DNA of 63,669 nucleotides, the filler included, from Octopus bimaculoides (taxonomy: Eukaryota), in assembly GCF_001194135.2 (NCBI RefSeq). It is 6 parts of 4 records of this genome, joined end to end, with 100 filler letters (N's around TTAATTAATTAA, not from the genome) between each part and the next. Parts side by side here need not be neighbours in the genome. Positions count along the whole stretch, not along the records: positions 53,696 to 63,669 come from NC_068982.1; 5 more parts are not named here. One strand, written 5' to 3'. A model generated the notes under the pieces. That model had not been told where the DNA came from. It was given only the letters and a program-made list of their open reading frames with translations, and made no database searches. The translations under genes and the position numbers were made by a program. Of this stretch, positions 61,886 through 63,669 are shown one piece after another; position 1 is the first letter of the stretch, and each line of letters begins with the position of its first letter.

Positions 61886-63614
61886 GGGGAGCGAGGGAGA
61901 GAGAGAGGGAGAGGGAGGGAGAGAGAGAGGGAGAGCGAGGGAGAGAGAGAGAGGGAGGGAGAGATACATATGTATGTATGTATGTGTGTATGTGTACTAA
62001 CGCATGCAGGCGATCTTAAAGATGAAGCATTTGCAATGGACCTTCAATATGGTGATTAATTACGGCATGATTTTGTGCTTCCGTACTTGTGTATGTGTAT
62101 GTGTGTGTGTGTGTGTGTGTGCGTAGGCGTGTGCGTGTGTGTATGTTATTCTTCCGTTACTTTCCTTCCTATTCATGGAATTGTTTTGTTCTTCCTTTAG
62201 TTTTCCATGTTCTTTTCTTTACAATTCCTTCTTTTCATCTCTTTACATGTAGTCATTTAATATTGGATTTTATTCAACCATTACAATAAGCCATATTCTC
62301 TTTCGTTCTCATCTGTATTCTCATCATTTCATTTATAATCAGTTCGTTTAGCGTAAGTAAATTATGTTAAAATTTTCCTCTGTCTACTATCATTCCTCCG
62401 GTTTTCCACTATAAAATAGAAAAGAGGTCACGCAGCAAATAATTTATTTTATAAGTGTATTCAAAATACTTCAGTTGCTTACACCTAAGTACGATTTGAC
62501 TAAAAATAACCTTTGATAAAAGGAGGTCTTTTCGTACATCACGGACAACGCTGACAATTGTTTACTTCCTTTTTCATGACCATGGGATCAGACAAAGATT
62601 TGGTTCGACTGACCACTGAAATGTTCCATTCTGCCAACGATGTAAACATTGCCTTCATTCTTGCTGATACTTAATGTATAAGTAATTACAACTATTATCA
62701 TTCTATCGTTTTCTAATAGGGACAATATTTTCGAATGTCTTGTTTTTTTCTTTAAGAGTGTAACCTACGTAATTTAAGGGACATTATGCTGATATTGTTA
62801 TCTGGTATATCTAAAAGTAATGACTCAATCGTTTGATGCCACATACATATATTATATGATATCAGAAATGACCGAAACTATATCTAAAGGAAGAACACCG
62901 ATATGCCAGTAAGTAATCTATTTCACATATTTTATTCATATTTGAGAACCTTACCACTCACTTGACATATTCTCTTTTGAAACGTACGTAAAGATCTCAG
63001 CGTGTCTTCCACACCCAACAAGTTTTACTTCACAGATCTGCTCTAACTATTTTCAAAAGACTCTTTGCCTGCACCGAACAATTCTTTTACTCTTCTCTTA
63101 TCCTCCGCCACACGCTTTATATACATTGAGTTTTCTACCTGAACGTTATCTTGCACCGTCTTCGAATTCGCATTTTATCTAGTGCATATTCCCAGATTGA
63201 GTAATATTTCGGGGAAACGTAGTCACTTAATTTATCATATATTAATAAACGGGTGCAAATTTTGTAGCAATACTATGTAACTTCAAGGATTCCATAAAAA
63301 GGTAAAGGCAGAAATCATGGATAAAGACGAGAGGTTTTTTCTCTGTTGCTTGCGTTTGATATTGTTGTAAGTAAAATTCGAACCAACAGGCTTTAATTGC
63401 ACGTATCACAAAAAATAGCTGTTCACGAAACGACTTACAAAACGCTTCGAAGATATCAGTAGCAGAATTTTCAAGCGACACACAAAATGTATGCAAGTTG
63501 TCCATTTTTGCAAAAATTGCAAACCCGAATCTAGGGGACATGTACATATGCATACGTAAATACAAACACACACAAGCACGCACTTACATATACATATATA
63601 TGTATGTATTTATT

Positions 63615-63669
<55 letters not shown>

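Larger units (their letters stand above)
1..63669. repeat. Dense microsatellites: (AT)n, (AC)n, (AG)n, (ATAC)n, (ATT)n, (GAT)n, (GTT)n, (CTT)n, (ATCT)n
   Basis: Examples: 1-80, 9066-9120, 15860-15915, 35518-35575, 41318-41380, 43096-43217, 46259-46305, 47721-47810, 61836-61965. Most N gaps are flanked by them, and they account for most of the low-complexity ORFs in the supplied track. Confidence 0.98.

Noticed and set aside
1-63669. CRISPR arrays, rRNA or genuine tRNA genes
   Set aside because: None seen; tRNA-like A/B boxes occur only as SINE heads, and short repeats are microsatellites without unique spacers.

Overview
Fragmented animal genomic DNA, AT-rich and saturated with microsatellites, SINEs and decayed transposons. 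The repeat landscape looks like an octopus/cephalopod draft assembly (inference). The window is not one locus: five identical 100-nt artificial spacers (44 N + TTAATTAATTAA + 44 N) join six independent scaffolds (1-21422, 21523-35014, 35115-45763, 45864-50288, 50389-53595, 53696-63669). Two host genes are supported. One is seven coding exons (856 nt) of a divergent class I PI3-kinase p110 catalytic subunit on +, covering the adaptor-binding and Ras-binding domains and cut off by the scaffold end. The other is an innexin on -, with almost the whole CDS in one exon. The rest is SINEs and remnants of R4/Dong, Tx1, RTE, Penelope, hAT and Tc1/mariner elements. The best finding is an intact type I hammerhead ribozyme (53835-53923) with a palindromic stem III, inside a highly structured 349-nt unit bounded by direct repeats. 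This is the architecture of a metazoan retrozyme or Penelope-type self-cleaving, potentially circRNA-forming element. Several broken or inverted hammerhead relatives occur elsewhere, including in PI3K intron 1. All alignments and counts were done by eye; no database search was run.
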